The notes beneath the pieces were generated by a model. That model saw only the letters and a program-made list of their open reading frames with translations, searched no databases and was not told the DNA's origin. DNA of 64,000 nucleotides from Chloroflexota bacterium (GTDB lineage: Bacteria; Chloroflexota; Dormibacteria; Dormibacterales; Dormibacteraceae): NCBI GenBank assembly GCA_005889135.1, contig VBEK01000124.1:15658-79657 (forward strand), written 5' to 3'. The first letter of the stretch is position 1. Every line of letters starts with the position of its first letter. Shown here in pieces: positions 26,155 through 34,644 of the stretch. A program made the position numbers and the translations under genes.

Positions 26155-27888
26155 CTAGGAGGTCGCGAAGTCGCGCCGGCCGACGAACCCCTCTTCCTCG
26201 AGGTGGCGCAGGATCAGCTCGGCCGCTTCGTCCGCCCCGATTTCCGAGGTGTCGATGGTGACCTCGGCGTCCTCGGGAAGCTCGTATGGGTCGGAGATGC
26301 CGGTGAAGTCCTTGATCATGCCGGCCCTCGCCCTTGCATACAGGCCTTTGCGGTCGCGCTGCTCGCAGACTTCGAGCGGGGCCGCGAGGTGGACGAGCAC
26401 GAAGCCGCCGTGGGCCTCGACCATCGCGCGCACTGCCTTGCGGGCGGCGTCGTAGGGCGCAATCGGGGCACAGATGGCGATCCCGCCGTGCCTGGTGATC
26501 TCGGCAGCCACAAACCCGATCCGCTGGATGTTCAGATCGCGGTGCTCCCGGGAGAACCCCAGCTCACTGGACAGGTTCTTGCGGACAACGTCGCCGTCCA
26601 GCATGGTGATCGTGCGGCCACCCCGCTCCAGCAGCCTGGCGTTCAGGATTTTGGAAACGGTCGATTTGCCCGACCCGGAAAGGCCGGTGAGGAACACCGT
26701 GAAGCCCCGCTCCCGACGCGGACGATAGCTACGCCGAAGCTCACCGGCGACCTCGGGAAAAGTGAACCAGTCGGGAACCTGCTCCCCCGATGTCAGCCGC
26801 CGACGGAGCTCTGTGCCGGAGATGGTGTGGGCGGCCAGACCGCTCGGGACCTCGTCCTCGGGAAGGTACGCGTCCAGCTGGCCCACGTACACCAATGTCG
26901 GGAACGAGACCATCGCGATGCCGATCTCTGCCTCGAACTGGCGAAGCAGGTCCTGGGCGTCGAACGGTCCGTAGAACGAGCGACCGTTAAGCCGTTTACC
27001 TGGCCCGGCGTGATCCCGGCCGACGATCAGGTGCGTGCACCCGAAGTTGCGTCGAACGATCGCGTGCCACAGGGCTTCCCGCGGCCCGGCCATGCGCATC
27101 GCGAGCGGCAGCAAGGCGAGCATCGCGGTGTCTTCCGGGTAGCGGTGCATCAGCGCCTTGTAGCACCGCACCCGGGTGTAGTGGTCGATGTCGCCGGGCT
27201 TCGTCATGCCGACCACCGGGTTGATGAGCAGCTTCGCGCCGACGGCGTCGGCCGCGCGCAACGTCAACTCCTGATGGACGCGGTGCATCGGATTGCGGGT
27301 TTGAAACCCGACGACCCTTGACCAGCCCTGCCGGGCCATGGCTGCTCTGACCTGTCTCGGTGTCATTCGCAGCTCGGGGAAGTCGAAGTGGCTGGGAAGG
27401 TGCACTCCCTCCACCGTCCCGCCGACGTAGACGGGATGGGTCTGATCGAGGAGAAACGCCACGCCAGGATGGTCGCGGCTGCCGGTCCCATAGACCTGCC
27501 TGGCCTCCGCTTTGCGGTCCGGCCGGTAGAGGTCTTCGACGTGGAGAACCGCGAGCAGGGCTCCCTCGGGGTCCCGAAGGCCGAGCACGGTGCCCGGGGT
27601 CAAATCCTTCGCCGCCTCCTCGGTCACGTCAAGCACGATCGGTATCGGCCAGAGCGCACCGTTGGCCAGACGCATGTCCTGGCAGACGGACTCATAGTCC
27701 AGCCCATTCATGAACCCGGTCAGGGGCATAAAGCCGCCATTGAGCAGCAGCTCGAGGTCACAGAGCTGTCTCTCGGTCAGGTTCCAGGAGGGGGCGCGAA
27801 GGCCGGCCCGAACCACCTCGGCACGGCGCTGGGGAGCCGCGATAAGGTCGCTGCCGCCGGCATCCTCGCGCAGCTTCTCGACAATCAT
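26155..27888 (-). CDS. Bifunctional sulfate adenylyltransferase / adenylylsulfate kinase (PAPS synthase, Sat-CysC fusion)
   Basis: ATP-sulfurylase 'GFQTRNPMHRVHQEL' and 'HLIVGRDHAGPG'. APS kinase P-loop 'FLTGLSGSGKSTV', 'LDGDVVRKNLSSELGFSREHRDLNIQRIGFVA'. Confidence 0.93.
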   Translation of the reverse strand: MIVEKLREDAGGSDLIAAPQRRAEVVRAGLRAPSWNLTERQLCDLELLLNGGFMPLTGFMNGLDYESVCQDMRLANGALWPIPIVLDVTEEAAKDLTPGTVLGLRDPEGALLAVLHVEDLYRPDRKAEARQVYGTGSRDHPGVAFLLDQTHPVYVGGTVEGVHLPSHFDFPELRMTPRQVRAAMARQGWSRVVGFQTRNPMHRVHQELTLRAADAVGAKLLINPVVGMTKPGDIDHYTRVRCYKALMHRYPEDTAMLALLPLAMRMAGPREALWHAIVRRNFGCTHLIVGRDHAGPGKRLNGRSFYGPFDAQDLLRQFEAEIGIAMVSFPTLVYVGQLDAYLPEDEVPSGLAAHTISGTELRRRLTSGEQVPDWFTFPEVAGELRRSYRPRRERGFTVFLTGLSGSGKSTVSKILNARLLERGGRTITMLDGDVVRKNLSSELGFSREHRDLNIQRIGFVAAEITRHGGIAICAPIAPYDAARKAVRAMVEAHGGFVLVHLAAPLEVCEQRDRKGLYARARAGMIKDFTGISDPYELPEDAEVTIDTSEIGADEAAELILRHLEEEGFVGRRDFATS

Positions 27889-27956
27889 GTTCGGTGACGG
27901 GCCAGCCTCAGGGCGCCGGCCGCCTGACTATGCTCACGTCCGGACGTGCCTTCTGT

Positions 27957-28727
27957 CTATCGCCGCTGGGGACGCGGCCCTGGGACTGCCGGCGATGAGC
28001 TGGGCATCTGTCCCATCGAAGCGGGCACGTCCGCGGCGGCGGGGCCGCTCACGGTATCGCCGTGCGTATCCAACGCCCAGCGATGAACGCCCTCGGCGGG
28101 AAGCTGGCAGCGGATGTAGTGCTTGCTCCCGCCTCTGACGCCGACCGTCCGATCGAGTCGATAGCCGAGCCGAGAGAGCGCGGCCAGCATCCTTTCGTCG
28201 GTCACCTGTCCCTCGATCTCCTGTGCTCCGAGCCGTTCGGCGTGGACGATCCAGGCGGCGTGGAGCTGCAGAAAGAACAGCGGCGGGACGCGATGCGTGC
28301 GAGCGTCTTTTGAGATCGCTTCGTACATTGAAACCGCCAAGGCGGATCGGCTGGGAGCACGAGGCCTGACCATCCAGCGAACGAGGCCTCGCACGTAGCC
28401 CGGCGTCTCGTATGGGCGACGGAGGATCGCCAGCGCGACCCCGGCCGCGACGGTAGGCATGTGCCGGCGGACCATCCGCCTCATGAAACGAGACTTGTCC
28501 AGAGTCCCAACGCTGTAACCGACCAGCCGGCCCTCGAGCTTCGCGGCCAGGGTGACCTCATCCGCGAACTCTTCAAAGAGGCGGATGAGGACGCGTTCCC
28601 CGGCCAGGGTGAAGAGGTCGTCAGGGAAGCTTCGCGTGTGCAGGCGGGCGGCCGCCGGCGCGTCGTCCCGAGTCAACACCCCGATCGTCAGGGAGGGAAG
28701 GGTGCCCGCCGATTGGTGCCCCGTCAC
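27957..28727 (-). CDS. GNAT-fold acyltransferase (start uncertain)
   Basis: 'LEGRLVGYSVG', 'HAERLGAQEIEGQVTDERMLAALSRLGY' fits the GNAT core. GTG 28727 lies 4 nt after the ACP stop. The ATG at 28817 would overlap the ACP gene by 86 nt. Confidence 0.55.
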   Translation of the reverse strand: MTGHQSAGTLPSLTIGVLTRDDAPAAARLHTRSFPDDLFTLAGERVLIRLFEEFADEVTLAAKLEGRLVGYSVGTLDKSRFMRRMVRRHMPTVAAGVALAILRRPYETPGYVRGLVRWMVRPRAPSRSALAVSMYEAISKDARTHRVPPLFFLQLHAAWIVHAERLGAQEIEGQVTDERMLAALSRLGYRLDRTVGVRGGSKHYIRCQLPAEGVHRWALDTHGDTVSGPAAADVPASMGQMPSSSPAVPGPRPQRR

Positions 28728-28731
28728 CCGC

Positions 28732-29019
28732 TCAGGAGACCCTTTGCCCGTCTGGCTTCGCCGGCGAACCGTTCGTGGGCTTGAGCTTCGCGGCGAGCGC
28801 GGATCGCAGGCGCTCATAGCTCACGAGCTCGCCCATCTCGTCTTCGGAAAATCGGACTCCGAACTCCTGCTCCACGGAGACGATCATGGAAAAATGCTGA
28901 AGCGAGTCCCAAAGCTCGACGTTCTCGATCGATGTCGTGTTGTCGATCGTCGACGGATCCAGCTCAAAAACCTCGGCCAGGATCTGCTTCAGGCTCAACT
29001 CCTCCGCGTCGCCCATCAT
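28732..29019 (-). CDS. Acyl carrier protein
   Basis: 95 aa. Phosphopantetheine site 'ELWDSLQHFSMIVSVEQEFG'. ATGA overlap with the FkbH stop. Confidence 0.82.
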   Translation of the reverse strand: MMGDAEELSLKQILAEVFELDPSTIDNTTSIENVELWDSLQHFSMIVSVEQEFGVRFSEDEMGELVSYERLRSALAAKLKPTNGSPAKPDGQRVS

Positions 29020-30899
29020 CCCGCCGCTGCTCCTGCTTGGGCGTTGGTGGGGAGCTCGACGGATGCGAACCACGCCGGCACCGAGGGATCCGAGTCGCCC
29101 AACATCAGGCTCCAACCGGAATCGTCCCCTGGTTGGCGGCTAAAGCCGTGATCGGGATAGAAGGTGGACACAGCCTGGTTGCGCGCGGTCGCCGCATACG
29201 TGCCATGCAAGCGCCGGTAGCCCAGCGCCTCAGCCTGGATGGCGGTCGCATGCAGAAGCACGTCTTCGACGCCTCGACCCAGCACGCGACAGCTCAGTAG
29301 GAACGTGTCGATCTCGGCCTCGCCGGCGTCAGCGCCCCGAACCACGATCGCGACTCCAACCAATCCAGCGTCTCCAAAGCGATCGCTCACGCGAATCGAG
29401 AGGATTTCGACGCCAGGTTTGCGTGCCAGCTGAGTGAGCTCCTCTGTCGTGTACCGACGCGTCGTGAGGTTGAATTGATTGGTCTTCTGGGTCAGCTGCG
29501 CAATTCTGGTGGCTGAGATGTGGTCGATTCGCCGTACCTCGGCCGTCATTCCGAGTGATCGATAGTACTCATCCAGAGTCGAAGCCGATTCCTGGGCAGC
29601 CTGGCGTGCCTGCTCGTTTCTGTAGAGCTCGACGCGGCGCCGATCTTCGTCGGTCACCCCTACGGCATCGAAGCAGTCGAGCGATTCGATCGCCGCTCGC
29701 AACTCACTGAGTTCCGCCGGCAACTGGACAACGAGCACCATTGGAAGCAAGCTCCTGACCATTTCACATTGATGCGGATCGTCGTCGACAAAAACCAACG
29801 AGTCCAGTCCAACGTTCAAATCGGATGCGATCGCGCGCAAGTTCGTGGCTTTGTTGGTCCAATTCACGCGCTTCGCAGAGATATCCGACTTACGCAGGAC
29901 CATCGAAGGATGGTGGTCGAAGACTTCGTCCACGTCAGCTTCGTTGTTGGCGCTGCACAAAGCCAGAAGAACCCCGCGCTTACTCAGATTGAGTGCCGCT
30001 TCCTGAAGGCCGACATAAGCGATGCCGGGGTATGAGTCACCGAGCCTGATTCCGCCTATGTGGTCCTCGCCGATGACGCCGCCCCACAAGGTGCCATCAC
30101 AGTCGAGGACAAGAACCTTGCGGGACCTTCCTGCACGCGCTTTGAGAATTCGAGCGTAGACGTCGCTCAGCTGTTCGAGGATCGCCGGCGTGAAGGGCGC
30201 CCGGGCGGCCAACCAGTTCCGAGCATCGATCGGTGACCTTTCGGCGATCCTCTCGAAGTCAACGATGAACACGTTCCCCATGCCGCTCGCGATGGCGCCG
30301 AGCTCCTGGTTCAGGGCTCGAACGCGACTGGTGAGGCTGGTCATCGAAGTAGCTTCGGCCAGGCCCTCGGGCGCGTTTCTCGGCAGGGCAAAATTGTGGA
30401 TGGCGATGGTTGCGGTGGTGCGCTCATTGATGGCGGCAACGATTCGGCGAATGCTCGAAACCGTCTGCTCGGCCGCCTCAGACGCCTGCGATCTGCTAAG
30501 CGTCAGATACCGGTTGAACAACGTTGGTGCGAGGTTCTCGAGACTCAGCGCGATGACGACAACATCTGGTTGATACTCGAACAGCCAACTTCCCGCCGTC
30601 AAAGAGTCGCGCATAGAAGTGTCATATCCGCCGATCCGCACGTCCACTGCAAAGCCGGCGGCAGCGCCCTTGACGGACGCGTACGCGTCGAGTGGTTCGA
30701 CGGTGAAGTTCCTCAGGACCGCGACTCGGATGCGCGGCCAATCCGGAGGAGTCACCATGCGCAAACGGCGCGCCGCAGCCAGGTATCGACTTAAGGTCGG
30801 CTTGTCCACGACCCAGGCGACAAGGCTCTCAGCATCGCCCGGGATGGCGACGTTGACTTGAGCGGGCACTTTCGAGTCATCGCCTGCAGCGATTACCAC
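29016..30899 (-). CDS. FkbH-like HAD-IIIC phosphatase/acyl-loading enzyme
   Basis: HAD motif I 'VLVLDCDGTLWGGVIGED', 'VFVDDDPHQCEMV'. C-terminal domain has the catalytic-Cys-type motif 'FLLSCRVLGRGVED'. Confidence 0.85.
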   Translation of the reverse strand: MVIAAGDDSKVPAQVNVAIPGDAESLVAWVVDKPTLSRYLAAARRLRMVTPPDWPRIRVAVLRNFTVEPLDAYASVKGAAAGFAVDVRIGGYDTSMRDSLTAGSWLFEYQPDVVVIALSLENLAPTLFNRYLTLSRSQASEAAEQTVSSIRRIVAAINERTTATIAIHNFALPRNAPEGLAEATSMTSLTSRVRALNQELGAIASGMGNVFIVDFERIAERSPIDARNWLAARAPFTPAILEQLSDVYARILKARAGRSRKVLVLDCDGTLWGGVIGEDHIGGIRLGDSYPGIAYVGLQEAALNLSKRGVLLALCSANNEADVDEVFDHHPSMVLRKSDISAKRVNWTNKATNLRAIASDLNVGLDSLVFVDDDPHQCEMVRSLLPMVLVVQLPAELSELRAAIESLDCFDAVGVTDEDRRRVELYRNEQARQAAQESASTLDEYYRSLGMTAEVRRIDHISATRIAQLTQKTNQFNLTTRRYTTEELTQLARKPGVEILSIRVSDRFGDAGLVGVAIVVRGADAGEAEIDTFLLSCRVLGRGVEDVLLHATAIQAEALGYRRLHGTYAATARNQAVSTFYPDHGFSRQPGDDSGWSLMLGDSDPSVPAWFASVELPTNAQAGAAAG

Positions 30900-32110
30900 G
30901 TCGTCGTCTCCCAGGTGGCGGCGACAGCGCCCGCTGGAATCTGCCCGGGAGGGATATCAAACCGAGTTCGCCACCACCGCGCCACGTCGAGTGGCAGGGC
31001 GCTCCACATGTCGTTTCGATTCGCCATCTCGGCGAGGAACGCCTCGTACACGTTCCACGTCCTCGGCCGGCGAAGGTAGTCAGGGTGCGAGTTCAGCAAC
31101 GCCATCCCGCGATGTGCGGCGATGAACTCGACCTTTTCGAGCCACAAGTGGGGAGACGACTCGCCCAGGATCTCCGTCAGCGTGTAGTCCTGGACGAGGG
31201 TGTACGGCAACTCGACGAACCGTCCAAGGATGAACGGCCAGAGGCTCATTGTGCCGCCGGGAATCGGTTCAAAGGGGTCCGAATCGAAGAAGGAAAGATC
31301 GTACTCAACGTCGAGCGCCTGCATCCATTCCGGATTACGGTGTGTGAGCGCGGTTCGGAAGCCGGCCGCGCCTGTGCGGGCCAGCTCAGCGTTGATGCGC
31401 GGCGCGCGTGAGTCGAAGATCGCGCGAGATCGGAACAGCTTTCCATCGTGATTCAGATCGTGGACTCCAACTTCGAATCCCCGAGCCCTCAGCTCGGAGA
31501 TGAGACCCGGGTCGGTGCGATACCGTTCCGGCACGAAGTTGAAAGACGAACGAAATCCGTATCGCTCCTCAAGTTCGACCACTCTGATGACGAAGTCGAG
31601 GCCTTCGCGTTGCTCTACGTCGTGGGTCAGAACAAACGCAAGGTGGCGGTCATCCGGCCAGATGCTTACGTAGGTGGCGCGGTCGAGCCCGCGCTCGTCC
31701 AGCACGTGGAAAAGCACAGCCCGCAAGAAGTCGGCGTAGCGCGATTCACACGGCCACTCGAGGCCGGCACCGCTGCCGTGATCGCGTCCATAGACGCGCC
31801 GAAGCCAGCCGATTGCGGCACGCGGAAGGAGCGGCTTCAGGTCGTAATAGATCTGTTTCACGGTTCCGAGCTTCCAGTGGTCCTCCCCGAACTGACCCTC
31901 GCTGAGGACGGCCTCCATCAGCCCGCCCGGATGCTGAACACGTGCTGTTACGGATGGCGGAAGGAGGTGGGCGGCCTGCGCGATAGCGTCGCCCCATTCT
32001 TGCGTGGTCGGCAGTGGATCGAGCAGCTTCCAGAAGGCCTCAGGGCTGTTGCCCGCGCACAGCGGCACCGAAGCCGGCGTGCGCATTGCTTCTTTGGATG
32101 ACGAGGTCAC
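30893..32110 (-). CDS. Polysaccharide deacetylase-like (CE4-like) protein
   Basis: 'FVLTHDVEQREGLD', 'FEVGVHDLNHDG', 'GFRTALTHRN' resemble NodB-type metal/catalytic motifs. GTGA overlap with the GT4 stop. Confidence 0.5.
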   Translation of the reverse strand: MTSSSKEAMRTPASVPLCAGNSPEAFWKLLDPLPTTQEWGDAIAQAAHLLPPSVTARVQHPGGLMEAVLSEGQFGEDHWKLGTVKQIYYDLKPLLPRAAIGWLRRVYGRDHGSGAGLEWPCESRYADFLRAVLFHVLDERGLDRATYVSIWPDDRHLAFVLTHDVEQREGLDFVIRVVELEERYGFRSSFNFVPERYRTDPGLISELRARGFEVGVHDLNHDGKLFRSRAIFDSRAPRINAELARTGAAGFRTALTHRNPEWMQALDVEYDLSFFDSDPFEPIPGGTMSLWPFILGRFVELPYTLVQDYTLTEILGESSPHLWLEKVEFIAAHRGMALLNSHPDYLRRPRTWNVYEAFLAEMANRNDMWSALPLDVARWWRTRFDIPPGQIPAGAVAATWETTTW

Positions 32111-33369
32111 CGGAAACCGTCTCGGCCGTCAGCCGTGGCTGCCTGGAAAGCGCCGCGGCGATCGTCGCGCGAATCATCGCCGGCAGATGCTCCGTCCAGC
32201 CTCGGGTCGGAGAGGCCGAGGGCTTCGCGATAGCGGCCCGACACCGACTCCCAGGCCAAGCTGTGCATGACAGTCCGGGCCAGACGCGCCTGTCGCCGGG
32301 CAGCAGAGGGGTCGGCCAGCAGCCTGTGCACCTGCGCCGCGAGGCCGGCGGCATCGCCGGGATCGAAGTACGCCAGACAGTCCTCCGGGAAGTGCTCTTG
32401 AATCGCCGGCAGGCGCGAGCAGACGACGGGAACCCCAAGTGCCGCGAACTCGAGGACCTTGTTAGGGAGACAAAGATCTCCGTACCCATCGGAAAGCATC
32501 GGGACAAGGCCGAGCGCCGCCTGGCGAACATGCTCCATCATGCGCGGCCAGGGCAGGAATCCGTGCGAGAAATGCACGCGATCGTCCAGCCCCAGGCGGC
32601 CGGCCAGTTCGACCAGCGACGGCTCGCTCTCTCCTTGGCCGAGGATGCGAAGCGTGAGCGTGGGCCATTCGCCCGTCAGCCTCGCCATCGCCTGAATGGC
32701 GATGTCAACCCCATATCGCGGGATCAGGGTGGTCTGGATGACGAGAAACGCCGGCTCGGAAGGCGTGGACGAGCCCAAGCCGGCGACTGGATGGGAATTT
32801 GGAACCACCGTCACCTTGTCACTCGCGAGTCCGCGGCGGACCAAGATCCGCCGGCACGGCTCACTGACCGTGATGACGTGATCGACCCAGCTGGTCGCCG
32901 CCCGCTCTATCGAGGTCGCGACCCGGACAGGCAACGCCTGTCGATCGAGTCCTAGCCGAGCGGCCGTCAGCTCCGGCATCAGCTCCATCGAGAACAGCAC
33001 GATTCTCGACCTGCGAATCCGCGCCAGCACAGTCGTGAAGACGAGGAAGTCCGGGGTGTTCTCGACTTCGATCACGTCGTAGCGCCGTCCCAAGCCGAGG
33101 AGCGAAACGACAAAAAGCGCCCAAAGGAAAAAAGTCACGTAATGAACCGGATACCAGAAGGCATGTGAGCGCCGAGCTCTGATAGGGACGCCGTAAAGGC
33201 GCAGGCCGGGCTGATCCACGACTGGGCTTGCCCACCGGAAGCTGGCGGTCAGACACACGACGTCAACGTTCAGCCTCCAGTTGATCAGCTGCGTCACGTT
33301 TCGTCGCAGGGTGGTCCCTATCGGGTAGGGATGGCGGCTAACCACGAGGACGCGCCGGCCGTCCGTCAT
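32107..33369 (-). CDS. Glycosyltransferase family 4 (GT-B, group 1)
   Basis: C-terminal 'LGLVPMLSDGYGDLCLPNKVLEFAALGVPVVCSRLPAIQEHF' (E-x7-E region). Internal ATG 33369 gives an ATGA overlap with the upstream gene. Confidence 0.85.
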   Translation of the reverse strand: MTDGRRVLVVSRHPYPIGTTLRRNVTQLINWRLNVDVVCLTASFRWASPVVDQPGLRLYGVPIRARRSHAFWYPVHYVTFFLWALFVVSLLGLGRRYDVIEVENTPDFLVFTTVLARIRRSRIVLFSMELMPELTAARLGLDRQALPVRVATSIERAATSWVDHVITVSEPCRRILVRRGLASDKVTVVPNSHPVAGLGSSTPSEPAFLVIQTTLIPRYGVDIAIQAMARLTGEWPTLTLRILGQGESEPSLVELAGRLGLDDRVHFSHGFLPWPRMMEHVRQAALGLVPMLSDGYGDLCLPNKVLEFAALGVPVVCSRLPAIQEHFPEDCLAYFDPGDAAGLAAQVHRLLADPSAARRQARLARTVMHSLAWESVSGRYREALGLSDPRLDGASAGDDSRDDRRGAFQAATADGRDGFR

Positions 33370-34505
33370 GACGCGAGCCCCGGAAGCCGACCGTACAGGA
33401 GCTCCCCGGTGAGCCGGCAAACGACCGATGGCGAACTCTGGATGATTCTTGCCATGATCTGGCGGCTCAACCCTGGCCAAGGCGCGGGTCGGGCGGTGGT
33501 CACATACGAATAGTTCAGCGGTATCTCTACGGCGCCCCAGCGTCGCTTGAACTCACGAAGGCCGTGGTTGTCGATGTCGCTCCGCCCGAAGTCGAGGTCG
33601 CGATAGCCGTGCACACAAGCCCATTCGATGGCGGTCCACATGACGAGGTTGTTGGGGCGAAGGTCCCAGAAACGGGCATCGGAGGCCCCGTACTTGTAGA
33701 TCACGTGGTCGTTCCAGGCGAGATAAACGGCTCCCGCGATTGGTTGGCCATCCTTTTGGGCGAGGACGACAAACCCGAGTCCACGATCGATGACCAGTCG
33801 CCATAGGAGGCGGAAAAAGCGCTTGGGCTGAACCGGAACGCCCTGGCGCCGGCGGGTCTCTACGTGCAGCTGATAAAAGGTATCGGTGTCGGCCTCCGTC
33901 CGTGAGATCCGCGCGGTCACGCCCTCGCGTTGCGCTTTTTTGATCGCGCGATCCACCTGATTGCCTTTGATGCGTCGCAGGTACTCCTCCCTGGTGCAGT
34001 CGAGCGGGAGGAGGTGGCGGACCGCTCGCGATACCACGTGGATGCCCGCAATCGACGACATGTCACCGTGCACGACGAGCTGATGGATGTGGCCGCTGCG
34101 TTGCCACCGAAGGAGCGCGGTGGTCAGCGCGGCGAGAGAGTCTTCGCTCGTCGCAAGCGGGGGACAGTAGTCAGTGAAAGGAAGGGCGGTGAAACGCCGC
34201 CGGGGGCTTAACCGCTGGACTTCGAGCGTCGGAATTCCAGCTGCCACGGCGCCATTGGTATCGTCCTGGAGCAGGACCGACGGTCGGTAACCGTAGGCTG
34301 CAACCAGCACCTGCGACCACGCGGGATGGTGGAACACCGTCGCCTCCCTGTGCGAACCGGCAAATTCCAACCAACGTCGATCATCAAGCCCCGTAACGGC
34401 CAGCCCTGGCGCCGGGCCTGGCATCAGCCCGGGCTCGCCGTCGAAGCTGTCTGTGGTGGGGCGAAGATGCTGGCGTTGTTCGGAAGGCACGGGAATCAGA
34501 GCCAT
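33366..34505 (-). CDS. FemAB-related / GNAT (Acetyltransf_6-like) protein
   Basis: 'VFHHPAWSQVL', 'GAVYLAWNDHVIYKYGASDARFWDLRPNNLVMWTAIEWACVHGYRDLDFG'. Confidence 0.7.
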   Translation of the reverse strand: MALIPVPSEQRQHLRPTTDSFDGEPGLMPGPAPGLAVTGLDDRRWLEFAGSHREATVFHHPAWSQVLVAAYGYRPSVLLQDDTNGAVAAGIPTLEVQRLSPRRRFTALPFTDYCPPLATSEDSLAALTTALLRWQRSGHIHQLVVHGDMSSIAGIHVVSRAVRHLLPLDCTREEYLRRIKGNQVDRAIKKAQREGVTARISRTEADTDTFYQLHVETRRRQGVPVQPKRFFRLLWRLVIDRGLGFVVLAQKDGQPIAGAVYLAWNDHVIYKYGASDARFWDLRPNNLVMWTAIEWACVHGYRDLDFGRSDIDNHGLREFKRRWGAVEIPLNYSYVTTARPAPWPGLSRQIMARIIQSSPSVVCRLTGELLYGRLPGLAS

Positions 34506-34644
34506 CGGGCTAGTCGCCGGTTAGCGTACGGAGCACCTCAGGCGCTGTTAATGGGCATGGCGAGAAGATGCCCGACAGCGGGACCAGGCGAGGCGGCCGA
34601 TTGTCCCGTGGCCGGGCGGTTTGTCCCAGCCCGGAGCGGTGGCC

